Virus record (IMG/VR): IMGVR_UViG_3300005611_000152
Location: 1 to 28,719 of that record
Source of the DNA: a virus
Taxonomy: Duplodnaviria; Caudoviricetes
Length of the DNA: 28,719 bases
Strand: one strand, 5' to 3'
Within the stretch, counting starts at the first letter, position 1. Every line of letters starts with the position of its first letter. The notes under the pieces were generated by a model. The model was given only the letters and a program-made list of their open reading frames with translations. It ran no database searches and was not told the origin of the DNA. Made by a program: the position numbers and the translations under genes. This document shows, in pieces, positions 1 through 8,099 of this stretch.

Positions 1-534
1 AAGAACAGAATCATGCACCTGTACCAGCACGATGTTAACAAACCACTAGGGAAACCGTATATGCTCAAAGAGGATGAGTTTGGTCTTTACTTCGAGAGCA
101 AGATTATCGGTACTACGTACGGTGAGGATGTATTAAAGCTATACGAAGCAGGAGTAATCAACGAACATTCCATAGGCTTTCGTACCGTAAAGAACACACC
201 AAAGGAAGGCTTCAACGAGATAGAAGAGGTTATGTTGTACGAGGGAAGCACGGTAACCTTTGGAGCAAACGAAAACACTCCTTTCACAGGATTCAAGAGC
301 ATGACTGCAACCGAAGCTGTCCAGAAGATGCAAACGATTAGCAAGGCTTTTCGTAGAGGCGACTTCACAGACGACACCTTCAATCTGTTAGAGATACAGA
401 TGAAGCAGTTAGAACAGTTCATCATTGACCAATACTCACAGGAAAAAGCTGAGCCGGAGCAATCCACTCAAGCGGAACTCTTGCCGAGTGAAATAGATGA
501 AGCATTCCAAAAACTACAAATCAAATTACTATAA
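1..534 (+). CDS. HK97-family prohead protease (5'-truncated)
   Basis: Frame is open from position 1 (KNRIMHLYQHD...). Motifs HLYQHD..KPLG, EDEFGLYFE, SIGF and LYEGSTVTFGAN match HK97 gp4-type proteases. Lies directly upstream of the capsid gene. Confidence 0.92.
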   Translation, partial: KNRIMHLYQHDVNKPLGKPYMLKEDEFGLYFESKIIGTTYGEDVLKLYEAGVINEHSIGFRTVKNTPKEGFNEIEEVMLYEGSTVTFGANENTPFTGFKSMTATEAVQKMQTISKAFRRGDFTDDTFNLLEIQMKQLEQFIIDQYSQEKAEPEQSTQAELLPSEIDEAFQKLQIKLL

Positions 535-536
535 CA

Positions 537-1763
537 ATGGAAATCAAGGAACTACTAGAAGCAAAACTTGATTCTCTCGGAAACCAAATAGACGAGAAAA
601 TCGAGGGAGCAATGGAAGCCCAAAAGGCTAACCTACATGGTGAGTTGGATAGCTTAAAAACAAACGAGCTATCTGCACTTACTACTAACTACAACAAGCT
701 ACAAGAGCAAGTAGATTCAATCGAGTCTAGCACGAAGCGTCAAGCTGAATCAACTGTTTCTAAAAACTGGGTATCTGACATGGTATCTCAAATCAGAGGA
801 ACAGAAGGCTTTGCTGACCAAGTGCGTTCACACAAAGGTATCAACTTCAACGTGCCTACGTTCTCTACAAAGGCAATCGTTAATGGAGATGCTGACTACG
901 TGGATAACACTAGCTCTGCTAACGTTGTTGCTCCTGACTACCAACCAGGCGTTATTTTCGATGCTGACCGTCTAACGCACGTTCGTGAGTTCTTACCAGC
1001 AGGTACGACTTCAAGCGATACTGTACGTTACATCAAAGAGTTAAACTACTCTGATGGGTCTGAAATCAAAATCACTGGTTCAGCTTCAGGCGAAACTACG
1101 TTTGACCTACAAAGCAACGATGCACCAGTTCGCACGATTGCTTCTCACGTTCGTGTAACAAGTGAAATGCTGGAAGATGTATCTGGGTTAACCAGCTACT
1201 TAAGTGTTAGATTGCCCAAAAAAATCCGTGTCAAAGAGGACTCTGTGCTTCTTTACGGAGAAGGTTCAAACCTTCCTTCTTTCACAGGCTTGACTGAAGA
1301 TGCTTCTGCTTACTCTGACGCACTAGCTGATAGCAACGTAAACCGCTTCGATGTTCTTACGTCTGCTGTTGCACAGGTTCGTGATGGCGAGTACATGGCT
1401 AACGCAATCATGGTTCACCCTGACGATTACTTCAACTTGCTCCTTATCAAGGATGGACAAGGTGAGTATCTAATGCCTGACCAGTTCCGCTTCGGTGCTG
1501 AGATGCCACGCATTGCAGGTGTTCCTTTAGTTGCTAACACAGCTATTACTACTGGCGACTTCTTAGTAGGCGACTTCTCTATGGGGGCGCAACTATTCGA
1601 CCGTCAGCAGTCTAGCATTCGTTTCTTCGAGCAAGATCAAGACAACGCTATTCGTAACGTTGTTACTGTTGTTGCTTCAGAGCGTCTAGCACTAGCGATT
1701 TACAGACCAACAGCATTTGTTTATGGCGACTTCGCCTCAGCACTTGCGAACGGTTCTGCTTAA
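537..1763 (+). CDS. HK97-fold major capsid protein with N-terminal coiled-coil delta domain
   Basis: 408 aa; about 100-aa helical N-terminus; TIASHVRVTSEMLED, LLYGEG, VHPDDY, FLVGDF and ERLALAIYRPTAFVYGDF are typical of HK97-family capsid proteins. Confidence 0.96.
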   Translation: MEIKELLEAKLDSLGNQIDEKIEGAMEAQKANLHGELDSLKTNELSALTTNYNKLQEQVDSIESSTKRQAESTVSKNWVSDMVSQIRGTEGFADQVRSHKGINFNVPTFSTKAIVNGDADYVDNTSSANVVAPDYQPGVIFDADRLTHVREFLPAGTTSSDTVRYIKELNYSDGSEIKITGSASGETTFDLQSNDAPVRTIASHVRVTSEMLEDVSGLTSYLSVRLPKKIRVKEDSVLLYGEGSNLPSFTGLTEDASAYSDALADSNVNRFDVLTSAVAQVRDGEYMANAIMVHPDDYFNLLLIKDGQGEYLMPDQFRFGAEMPRIAGVPLVANTAITTGDFLVGDFSMGAQLFDRQQSSIRFFEQDQDNAIRNVVTVVASERLALAIYRPTAFVYGDFASALANGSA

Positions 1764-1780
1764 TACTTTGTATTAGGGTT

Positions 1781-1817
1781 AAAAGGGTTGGCTCGAAAGG
1801 GTCAGCCCTTTTTTTAT
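1781..1817 (+). terminator. Rho-independent terminator after the capsid gene
   Basis: AAAAGGGTTGGCTC-GAAA-GGGTCAGCCCTTTT stem-loop (G-U pairs allowed) with a GNRA loop, followed by a T-run. Confidence 0.88.
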
Positions 1818-1855
1818 TTGCATTTACAGAGAGTCATCCTTTTTATATTTTGGTT
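1817..1855 (+). promoter_or_regulatory. Possible promoter for the glycosyltransferase-neck-tail transcript (possibly leaderless)
   Basis: TTTG at 1817-1820; TATATT(TTG) begins at 1844 and the hexamer ends 6 nt before the ATG at 1856. Spacing is imperfect relative to the Bacteroidota -33/-7 consensus. Confidence 0.3.
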
Positions 1856-2548
1856 ATGACACACCTTTGCTATGCAGACGAGCGGATGACGAAAGCCCAG
1901 CAGATATGCTCTCTGTCTGCACTTAGATATGGTGCTAACAATTCCATCACCATGTCAATCAATGACATACCATCAACATATCTTGATTTAGCCCATCCAA
2001 CCATACTAGAAAGTCGGGGGGCTGGGTATTGGGTATGGAAGCCGATTGTTATCTACAATGTGCTAAAGGACATGCCAGATGGATCAAGGCTTATTTATAC
2101 TGATTCAGGTCTAGAGATTGTCGGAGATTTGCGAACCATTGGAGAGCGAGAAGAAGATATTTTTCTGTTCAGTAACGGATTCATTCATCAGCATTGGTGC
2201 AAAGGAGATGTGCTAGACATCTTCGACCAACGCAATGGGGCTGATTATCAATGCCAAGCAAGTGCCATCTTTTTGAGAAAGACACCAAGAGCAATTCAAT
2301 TCATCAAGGAATGGATGATGTGGTCGTTAATTCCGCACTTAATAAATGACGCACCCAGCATTAGACCAAACCATCAAGAATATCGAGAACATAGGCACGA
2401 TCAGGCACTGCTGACATCCCTTGCAATCCGTGATGGGATTAGACTCCATTGGTATCCTGCAAAGTACCTGGAGAAGCACAAGCCTACTCCGCAAGAAGAT
2501 TATCCTGTTCTTTTCTATCACCACAGGAAACGGAACAACGAATTATGA
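1856..2548 (+). CDS. Putative glycosyltransferase (GT-A-like nucleotide-diphospho-sugar transferase, GYWxWKP/HRHDQ type)
   Basis: Motifs RGAGYWVWKP, LIYTDSG (DxD-like position) and EHRHDQALL. First ATG is 1856 (the ORF track uses TTG at 1850). ATGA-coupled to the GT11 gene. Confidence 0.68.
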   Translation: MTHLCYADERMTKAQQICSLSALRYGANNSITMSINDIPSTYLDLAHPTILESRGAGYWVWKPIVIYNVLKDMPDGSRLIYTDSGLEIVGDLRTIGEREEDIFLFSNGFIHQHWCKGDVLDIFDQRNGADYQCQASAIFLRKTPRAIQFIKEWMMWSLIPHLINDAPSIRPNHQEYREHRHDQALLTSLAIRDGIRLHWYPAKYLEKHKPTPQEDYPVLFYHHRKRNNEL

Positions 2549-3273
2549 TAACCTTCAAGCAACTTGGTCGGCATGGAAGGCTGGGTAATCAGATGTTCCA
2601 AATTGCGTCAACCATAGGGATTGCTAAGATGAACAATCAACAATATTGCTTTCCGGAATGGAAGAACTGGGATGCAGTTGAGAGGTTTGGTTTGCATAAA
2701 GACTTCGAGGTGCAAAATTACTTCAAGAATCCACTCCCATCTTATGTGAAAAAGAACTACAAAGATCTGTTCGTGCATTGGGGTTATCACAATATCCGTA
2801 CCAAAAGGTCAGTCAACTTGTGTGGACACCTTCAGAGTGAGTTATACTTCCAGCACTGTAAAGATGATGTTAGATATTACTTCGAATTCAATCGCTCATC
2901 AGATAAAAAGGATGGCTGTGCGGTACACATAAGGAGGGGGGACTATGACGGAGAATATCATCCGAGGCTAGGACTAGATTATTACCTACCAGCAATGGAT
3001 AAGATGGGGGCGAGTTCTTACACTTTTTACTCGGACAGTCCAGAGCAAATTGAAGAGTTTGCCAAGTATGGTGAGATTATGTCTAGGGGAGATCAGATTC
3101 ACGATATGCAGGACTTCTCCAACCACGAATGTTACATTATAGGCAATTCAACATGGAGCTGGTGGGGTGCTTGGCTCGGAGGAGGTGAAACAATCGCACC
3201 AATCAAATGGTTCGGAAAGAGTGCGAACCTATCAACAAAGGACTTAATCCCTGAAAGATGGACACGCCTATGA
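2545..3273 (+). CDS. GT11 alpha-1,2-fucosyltransferase-like protein
   Basis: Diagnostic GT11 motifs GRLGNQMFQ, VHIRRGDY, FYSD and NSTWSWWGAWL. Start reassigned to ATG 2545 (ATGA overlap with the upstream stop). Confidence 0.92.
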   Translation: MITFKQLGRHGRLGNQMFQIASTIGIAKMNNQQYCFPEWKNWDAVERFGLHKDFEVQNYFKNPLPSYVKKNYKDLFVHWGYHNIRTKRSVNLCGHLQSELYFQHCKDDVRYYFEFNRSSDKKDGCAVHIRRGDYDGEYHPRLGLDYYLPAMDKMGASSYTFYSDSPEQIEEFAKYGEIMSRGDQIHDMQDFSNHECYIIGNSTWSWWGAWLGGGETIAPIKWFGKSANLSTKDLIPERWTRL

Positions 3274-3842
3274 AAGCCCATGTAATCAACTTAGACAGAC
3301 GCACAGACCGCTGGAAATCGTTTGTAAGCCACGCAAAAGAGATGGGCATAGATTATACTAGGGTGAGTGCTTACGAGCCGACAGAGGAGGAAATGGAGGG
3401 CATACAGTTACTAAGGGGAGCGTTTGGTTGTAGCATGAGCCATCTAAGGCTGTGGAAGAAGTTGATTGAAAGCGCAGAGCCTTATATGTGGATATTGGAA
3501 GATGACGCTCGGCAGGTGGGGAGGTGGAATTGGGTGCTTCCTGAGTCGTTTGATTTATTCTACTTGGGGTGTAACGACAGAACGAGTGGGGCAAGGGTTG
3601 GAAAGAATCTAGGAAAATGGCACAAAGTAAAGAGAGTATTAACCACTCATGCGTATATTATTAGCAGGGAGGGGGCGAAGAAAGCCATTGACTTGAAACT
3701 TAGGGAGTTAGCTTTGGATGTTGCTTTGTGGAAAGTGCAAGATTTGGGTAATTCCTACTACTTAAAACCTTCGAGATTCATTCAGAATCCTGACTATTCA
3801 GATATACTTAACCGACACATTGACTATACAGACACAATATGA
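3270..3842 (+). CDS. GT25 family glycosyltransferase
   Basis: VINLDRRTDRW, GCSMSH, ILEDDA and THAYIISREGAKK match GT25 (LgtB/Lic2A-like). Start at ATG 3270 (ATGA overlap). Confidence 0.9.
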   Translation: MKAHVINLDRRTDRWKSFVSHAKEMGIDYTRVSAYEPTEEEMEGIQLLRGAFGCSMSHLRLWKKLIESAEPYMWILEDDARQVGRWNWVLPESFDLFYLGCNDRTSGARVGKNLGKWHKVKRVLTTHAYIISREGAKKAIDLKLRELALDVALWKVQDLGNSYYLKPSRFIQNPDYSDILNRHIDYTDTI

Positions 3843-4783
3843 AGATACTAGGCATAGTTCACGCCTTCCCCCCCGATCATGGATCCGGTGCAGAGTGGAT
3901 GATGCACGATATGATGCAGTACATGATGAAGCAGGGGCATGAGTGTAAAGTATGGGTTACGAAATATCCAGCCCAGGATATTAACGGTATTAAGATGGGC
4001 GATGAATCCGATGTAGCAGATGCCGATTTAATATGGAGTCATTTGAACATGACAGGCAAGGCAATTAACATAGCCAAGCAGTACAAGAAGCCGTTATTAC
4101 ACATTGTGCATAACACCCAGCACATGGGGATCATATCCGTACAGAGGAAGAATGTGTATAACGCTTTCAATACATGGTATACCTTCGACCACCTAAAAGA
4201 GAACTACCACCGACATCCATATATAGTTTTTCATCCTAGCGTAGACATAAACCATTACTCGGTAGAATCAACAAGGGAAGCAGTTACTCTTATCAACCTG
4301 AACGAGAGTAAAGGAGGGTACATATTAAGGGAACTAGCCAAGCGACTTCCCAAAATTGACTTTATAGGCGTTAAAGGTTCGTATGGTACACAGATAACCG
4401 ACCAACCTAAGAACGTGCGTCTATACGAAAATATGGAGGACATACGAGAGGTATACAGACAAACAGGCATATTGATCATGCCTTCGCATTATGAGAGCTA
4501 TGGAAGAACAGCAGTCGAGGCGATGTGTTCAGGTATACCAGTCATAGCCAATCCTACTCCGGGTTTGTTAGAGTCGTGCGGTTCGGCAGGGTACTTTGCA
4601 GATAGGAATAAGTTGGACGAGTGGGTAGGTGCTATTGATGAGGTATTCAAGAACTACGAATACTGGAGCAAAAGGGCTAAATTACGTGCTGAAGATTTAC
4701 AAGACCAATCGGCACGAGAACTAGAGAAATTGGAGCAGTTCTGCGTGGATATAGTAGCGGACAAGTTCAAACACAACCTATGA
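3839..4783 (+). CDS. GT4 family (GT-B fold) glycosyltransferase
   Basis: N-terminal MKILGIVHAFPP..GSGAE and C-terminal MPSHYESYGRTAVEAMCSGIPVIA (E-x7-E motif). ATGA-coupled on both sides. Confidence 0.92.
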   Translation: MKILGIVHAFPPDHGSGAEWMMHDMMQYMMKQGHECKVWVTKYPAQDINGIKMGDESDVADADLIWSHLNMTGKAINIAKQYKKPLLHIVHNTQHMGIISVQRKNVYNAFNTWYTFDHLKENYHRHPYIVFHPSVDINHYSVESTREAVTLINLNESKGGYILRELAKRLPKIDFIGVKGSYGTQITDQPKNVRLYENMEDIREVYRQTGILIMPSHYESYGRTAVEAMCSGIPVIANPTPGLLESCGSAGYFADRNKLDEWVGAIDEVFKNYEYWSKRAKLRAEDLQDQSARELEKLEQFCVDIVADKFKHNL

Positions 4784-5355
4784 TATTAGCGACACGCAAC
4801 CCAGGAAAGAACGTAGGCTTCACCAAGAAGATAACCGACAACGGAACTGGCGACATTATTACGCTCTCAGAGGCGAAGTCTTTTATGAGGGTTACAACCG
4901 ATGACGACAATACGCTTATTAACACGATCATAGAAGCGATGATTGATAGTGCCGAGCGTTATACTGGATTGTCATTCAGGACAAAAGAGATGACGTTTGA
5001 GTTTCAGGAGTACGGTCAAGAGATTATCCTACCTTATGGTCCGCACGTTTCGGTTGATGCGGTAAGAACAAAGTACGAAGGAACGGAAACAACCCTATCT
5101 AGTGATGCGTACTGGGTAACAGGTCAAGAATACTTTACTCTTAATCTAGGAGAGTTCTTCACGCACCAGCAGTTAGAGATTGATGTTACGACTGGGTACG
5201 GTGCAGGAAGCGTACCGGCTTTGATTAAATTAGCCTTGCTAAAAGCGACATTATCAAACTATGAAGATCGTCAGGATCTGATAGATGGCAATGCGAACTT
5301 ATTGCCCAACTCAAGCAAGAAGCTACTAGACCAATATAAAAGGGTACACTTTTGA
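4780..5355 (+). CDS. Head-tail connector (HK97 gp6 / SPP1 gp15-like, long form)
   Basis: ITLSEAKSFMRV..DDDNTLI...AERYTG and GYG..SVPALIKLALL...YEDR; position upstream of the head-closure gene. Confidence 0.88.
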   Translation: MILATRNPGKNVGFTKKITDNGTGDIITLSEAKSFMRVTTDDDNTLINTIIEAMIDSAERYTGLSFRTKEMTFEFQEYGQEIILPYGPHVSVDAVRTKYEGTETTLSSDAYWVTGQEYFTLNLGEFFTHQQLEIDVTTGYGAGSVPALIKLALLKATLSNYEDRQDLIDGNANLLPNSSKKLLDQYKRVHF

Positions 5356-5690
5356 GGCGTAGAACAAAGAACATAGGCAAGTTCTTACACAGCGTAACCG
5401 TTCAGGACTTCACGACCGTAAGTGATGGAGCTGGTGGGCTTACGCAGACATGGGCGGACACGCATACGTTCTATGCTGATATAGAGCCACAGACAGGGCG
5501 TGAGGCTATCGAGGCTGAGCAGTTAATAGGTAAACAGGGGTACAAGTTCACGACTCGGTACTCAAGCGAGGTGGCTTCCATCAACAACGAGTCAAGGCTC
5601 AAGTTTGGCACGAGATACTTCAACATTCACAGCGTTGTAAACCTTAATGAAGAGAATGAGTTTCTTCAAATTGTAGCGTGGGAAGAATGA
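5352..5690 (+). CDS. Head-closure / head-tail adaptor (SPP1 gp16-like)
   Basis: IGKFLHSVTVQ, SDGAGGLTQTW, GREAIEA and RYFNIHSV pattern; TTG start overlaps the upstream stop (TTGA). Confidence 0.85.
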   Translation: MRRRTKNIGKFLHSVTVQDFTTVSDGAGGLTQTWADTHTFYADIEPQTGREAIEAEQLIGKQGYKFTTRYSSEVASINNESRLKFGTRYFNIHSVVNLNEENEFLQIVAWEE

Positions 5691-6115
5691 TAAGGCTATC
5701 CATTCCTCAGAGCGAGATAAACAAGGCAGTAAAAGAGATGGAGGACAGGGCTTCCACTTACGAGCGGAATGTAGCTAAGGAGTTGTTTAAGGGTGCGTTG
5801 GATATTGAATCAGGAGCAAAGCAACGTGCGCCAGTTAAGCACAATAGACTACGCTCAAGCATACAATCCAAGATAGATCATAAAGACGTATCGGCTGAGG
5901 TAACTGCGAATGTGTACTACGCTCCTTATGTAGAGTTTGGAACAGGGCTATATGCAAAGGAACACCTAGCAGGTAAGCCAAGAGAGATGGTTGAACACGC
6001 TAGGGAGTTCTTTAAAACAGGAAAGGGCAGAACACCAGCCCAGCCATTTTTGTTCCCTGCATATTATGAGCAAAGACCTAAAATAATCGCAAGAGTAAAG
6101 AAAGCTAAGATATGA
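5687..6115 (+). CDS. HK97 gp10-family tail completion protein
   Basis: AKQRAPV...LRSSI, YAPYVEFGTG and PAQPFLFPA motifs. Start at ATG 5687 (ATGA overlap). Confidence 0.88.
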   Translation: MIRLSIPQSEINKAVKEMEDRASTYERNVAKELFKGALDIESGAKQRAPVKHNRLRSSIQSKIDHKDVSAEVTANVYYAPYVEFGTGLYAKEHLAGKPREMVEHAREFFKTGKGRTPAQPFLFPAYYEQRPKIIARVKKAKI

Positions 6116-6645
6116 ACAACAACTATCCACGCTATCAAATAACTAGCACCTACGCAGAAGTATCAGAGGCGGATTGGTTCTATGCACAGCCCGAGATTGC
6201 AGTAGATAGAGGGGATATTTATGTAGGCTTTGCAACTCTTTCGATTGCTCAATCAGCTAAATCTTACTTACAGCTAAAAACAAACGGTGGCAATATCTAT
6301 CTTTTGAGTTATGGGGTTGTTACTGATTCAGTACGCACAACAGAGAAGATAATCGAAGCACCTTCTTTGACCGATGGAACAACTGCCTTAACAGTCTACA
6401 ACACTAACAGGCAAAGCGTAGATACACCTGGCTTTGAGGTTTATACGAACCCGACAAGTATTACTGGTGGGACTGTAATTGACCAAGTTGAGCAGTACGA
6501 AGCCAAAAAGAGTTTAGGTGTAGCAGGTGAGGCAGGGAACATTAGAGTTAAGTTCAAAAAACAAACAGATTATGTATTGGAGTTGACAAATGGCGACAAC
6601 AATACCAAAAACTACTTTGTTAAGTTCTATATGCTAGAGATATGA
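6112..6645 (+). CDS. Hypothetical beta-rich protein within the neck/tail operon
   Basis: 177-aa ORF, ATGA-coupled on both sides; Thr/Tyr/Val-rich alternating pattern; no family recognised. Confidence 0.75.
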   Translation: MNNNYPRYQITSTYAEVSEADWFYAQPEIAVDRGDIYVGFATLSIAQSAKSYLQLKTNGGNIYLLSYGVVTDSVRTTEKIIEAPSLTDGTTALTVYNTNRQSVDTPGFEVYTNPTSITGGTVIDQVEQYEAKKSLGVAGEAGNIRVKFKKQTDYVLELTNGDNNTKNYFVKFYMLEI

Positions 6646-7070
6646 ATCTACCTAATAAAGTCTTACAGACTGCCTATTATCAGGCATTGAATGGAAATAT
6701 ATCCTACGGTGGGAGCAATGTTCCTGTCTATGATATAGTGCCTAAGGATGCGGACTATCCTTTTATTGTGTTTGTATCTCAGAACGTGATAGAAGAGCCG
6801 ACAAAAGACGACTTTGGTACAGAGGTAATCTTTGAATTAGACGTGGTAACTGGGTTCGAGGGGTCGTTTGGGGGCAAGAGTCAGGCTTACGATATTTCTG
6901 ACGATGTTTTTCAAGCAATTAGAACTAGAACTGCAAACTATCTATCTTTAAGTGGATTCACGATGGTAACGACCACGCTGGATTCAAGCCTCATATTGCA
7001 GGAAGATTATGAGAACTACGTTTTATATATTAACAAGCTACGCTTCAGACATAAAATAAACCAAGACTAA
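6642..7070 (+). CDS. Tail terminator (DUF3168 / SPP1 gp17-like)
   Basis: LQTAYYQAL...VYDIVP..ADYPFIV, TKDDFG pattern; immediately precedes the tail tube gene. Confidence 0.82.
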   Translation: MNLPNKVLQTAYYQALNGNISYGGSNVPVYDIVPKDADYPFIVFVSQNVIEEPTKDDFGTEVIFELDVVTGFEGSFGGKSQAYDISDDVFQAIRTRTANYLSLSGFTMVTTTLDSSLILQEDYENYVLYINKLRFRHKINQD

Positions 7071-7492
7071 TGGCACGACTAAACGGAACAGATTTAATCC
7101 TTTCAGTAGATGGCGTTGCGATCGCACACGCAACATCTAATTCCTTCTCAAGTGAGATGGCTATGATTGATGTATCAAGCAAGGATTCCTCAGGCAACCA
7201 AGAGAATATCGGTGGGCAAAAGTCATTTTCTATCGACTTTGAAGGATTGACTGACTTTTCTGCTACTGGATATGGATTCGATGACCTATTCGACCTATTA
7301 AACAACAGGACAGAGATTGACTGGATATTCGGTACAGACGGAACTCCTGGAGGAACAGAAGCACCAGTAGCTCCGAAACTTTCAGGGTCAGGATTTATCA
7401 GTTCGTTATCACTAGATGCTCCGATGGAGGATGCCTCTACGTATAGTGGCACGATTACCGTAACAGGAGCGGTTACTTACGCAGGGTCTTAA
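7070..7492 (+). CDS. Major tail tube protein (TP901-1/GTA-like family)
   Basis: NGTDLIL, IDVSSKDS, GGQKSFSIDFEG and GSGFISSLSLDAPMEDASTYSGTITVTG. Confidence 0.9.
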   Translation: MARLNGTDLILSVDGVAIAHATSNSFSSEMAMIDVSSKDSSGNQENIGGQKSFSIDFEGLTDFSATGYGFDDLFDLLNNRTEIDWIFGTDGTPGGTEAPVAPKLSGSGFISSLSLDAPMEDASTYSGTITVTGAVTYAGS

Positions 7493-7815
7493 TGAACATC
7501 TTAAGAGGAGAAGTTGAGGTTTCCATAGGTGGGAAGCCTCGACTATTAAAGTTTGGTACAAACCAGTTAGCCATCTTTACACAGATGCACAAGGTCGACC
7601 TGTCTGAAACCGACTTTGGTATGCACCATTTAAGGGATCTTATCTACTCAGCACTAGTCGCAGGGGCTAAGAAGAATAAAGAAGAAGTAACCTTTGACGA
7701 GTGGGAAGTGGGTGAGTGGATTGATGACCTACCTGATGAAGATCTACAAAAGATTGTAGACTCGTTTACTAATTCCCTGCCTAAGGGGGAAGGGGACGAT
7801 AGTAAAAAAAAGTAA
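7492..7815 (+). CDS. Tail assembly chaperone (lambda gpG-like)
   Basis: Small acidic ORF between the tail tube and tape measure genes; ends AGT AAA AAA AAG TAA, which contains a slippery site. Confidence 0.85.
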   Translation: MNILRGEVEVSIGGKPRLLKFGTNQLAIFTQMHKVDLSETDFGMHHLRDLIYSALVAGAKKNKEEVTFDEWEVGEWIDDLPDEDLQKIVDSFTNSLPKGEGDDSKKK

Positions 7816-8099
7816 CGTGGGACGACATTCTGTCGTTAGCCTACGAGGAAGTTGGACTCCTGCCCGAGCAGTTTTGGGATTTAACCTTTCGGGAGTTCAA
7901 CATGATCGCAGAACATAGACGTAGAAACGTGTACCGAGAGTGGGATATTGCTCGGACGCTAGGGGTGTGGACTGTGTCGCCTTATAGCAAGAAGAGGTTA
8001 AAGCCATCGGATTTGCTTAAATTAGAGGGCAACAAGCCAGTTAAATCAAGCACACCCGAACAATTCCAACAAGCACTAAAAAAATATGGCTTCACCTGA
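7492..8099 (+). CDS. Frameshifted tail assembly chaperone (gpGT-like, about 202 aa via a -1 shift at 7806-7812)
   Basis: The -1 frame after A AAA AAG reads VTWDDILSLAYEEVGLLPEQFWDLTFREFN with no stop and continues in frame into ORF 7902..8099. GLxPxxFWxLTxxE is a typical gpT-type motif. Confidence 0.82.
7806..7812 (+). promoter_or_regulatory. -1 programmed ribosomal frameshift heptamer A AAA AAG
   Basis: X XXY YYZ heptamer in the correct phase immediately before the chaperone stop; same heptamer as E. coli dnaX. Confidence 0.85.

Noticed and set aside
2449-2544. ORF-track N-terminal extensions (GT11 from 2449; also 3258, 5678, 21649 and 26477 starts)
   Set aside because: Downstream ATGs give stop/start coupling or much shorter overlaps, and for the recognised families they match where the motifs begin.
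1856-4783. GT cassette as a DNA hypermodification system (T4-like glucosylation)
   Set aside because: No hydroxymethylase or TET/JBP-type gene to create an acceptor base in the window; GT11 and GT25 are glycan-extending families; the location is among structural genes. Disfavoured, not formally excluded.
1856-4783. GT cassette as a lysogenic serotype-conversion moron or host contamination
   Set aside because: No membrane Gtr-type components, no lysogeny genes, no terminator after the cassette, and direct ATGA coupling to the head-tail connector. Late modification of the host surface remains a possible alternative.
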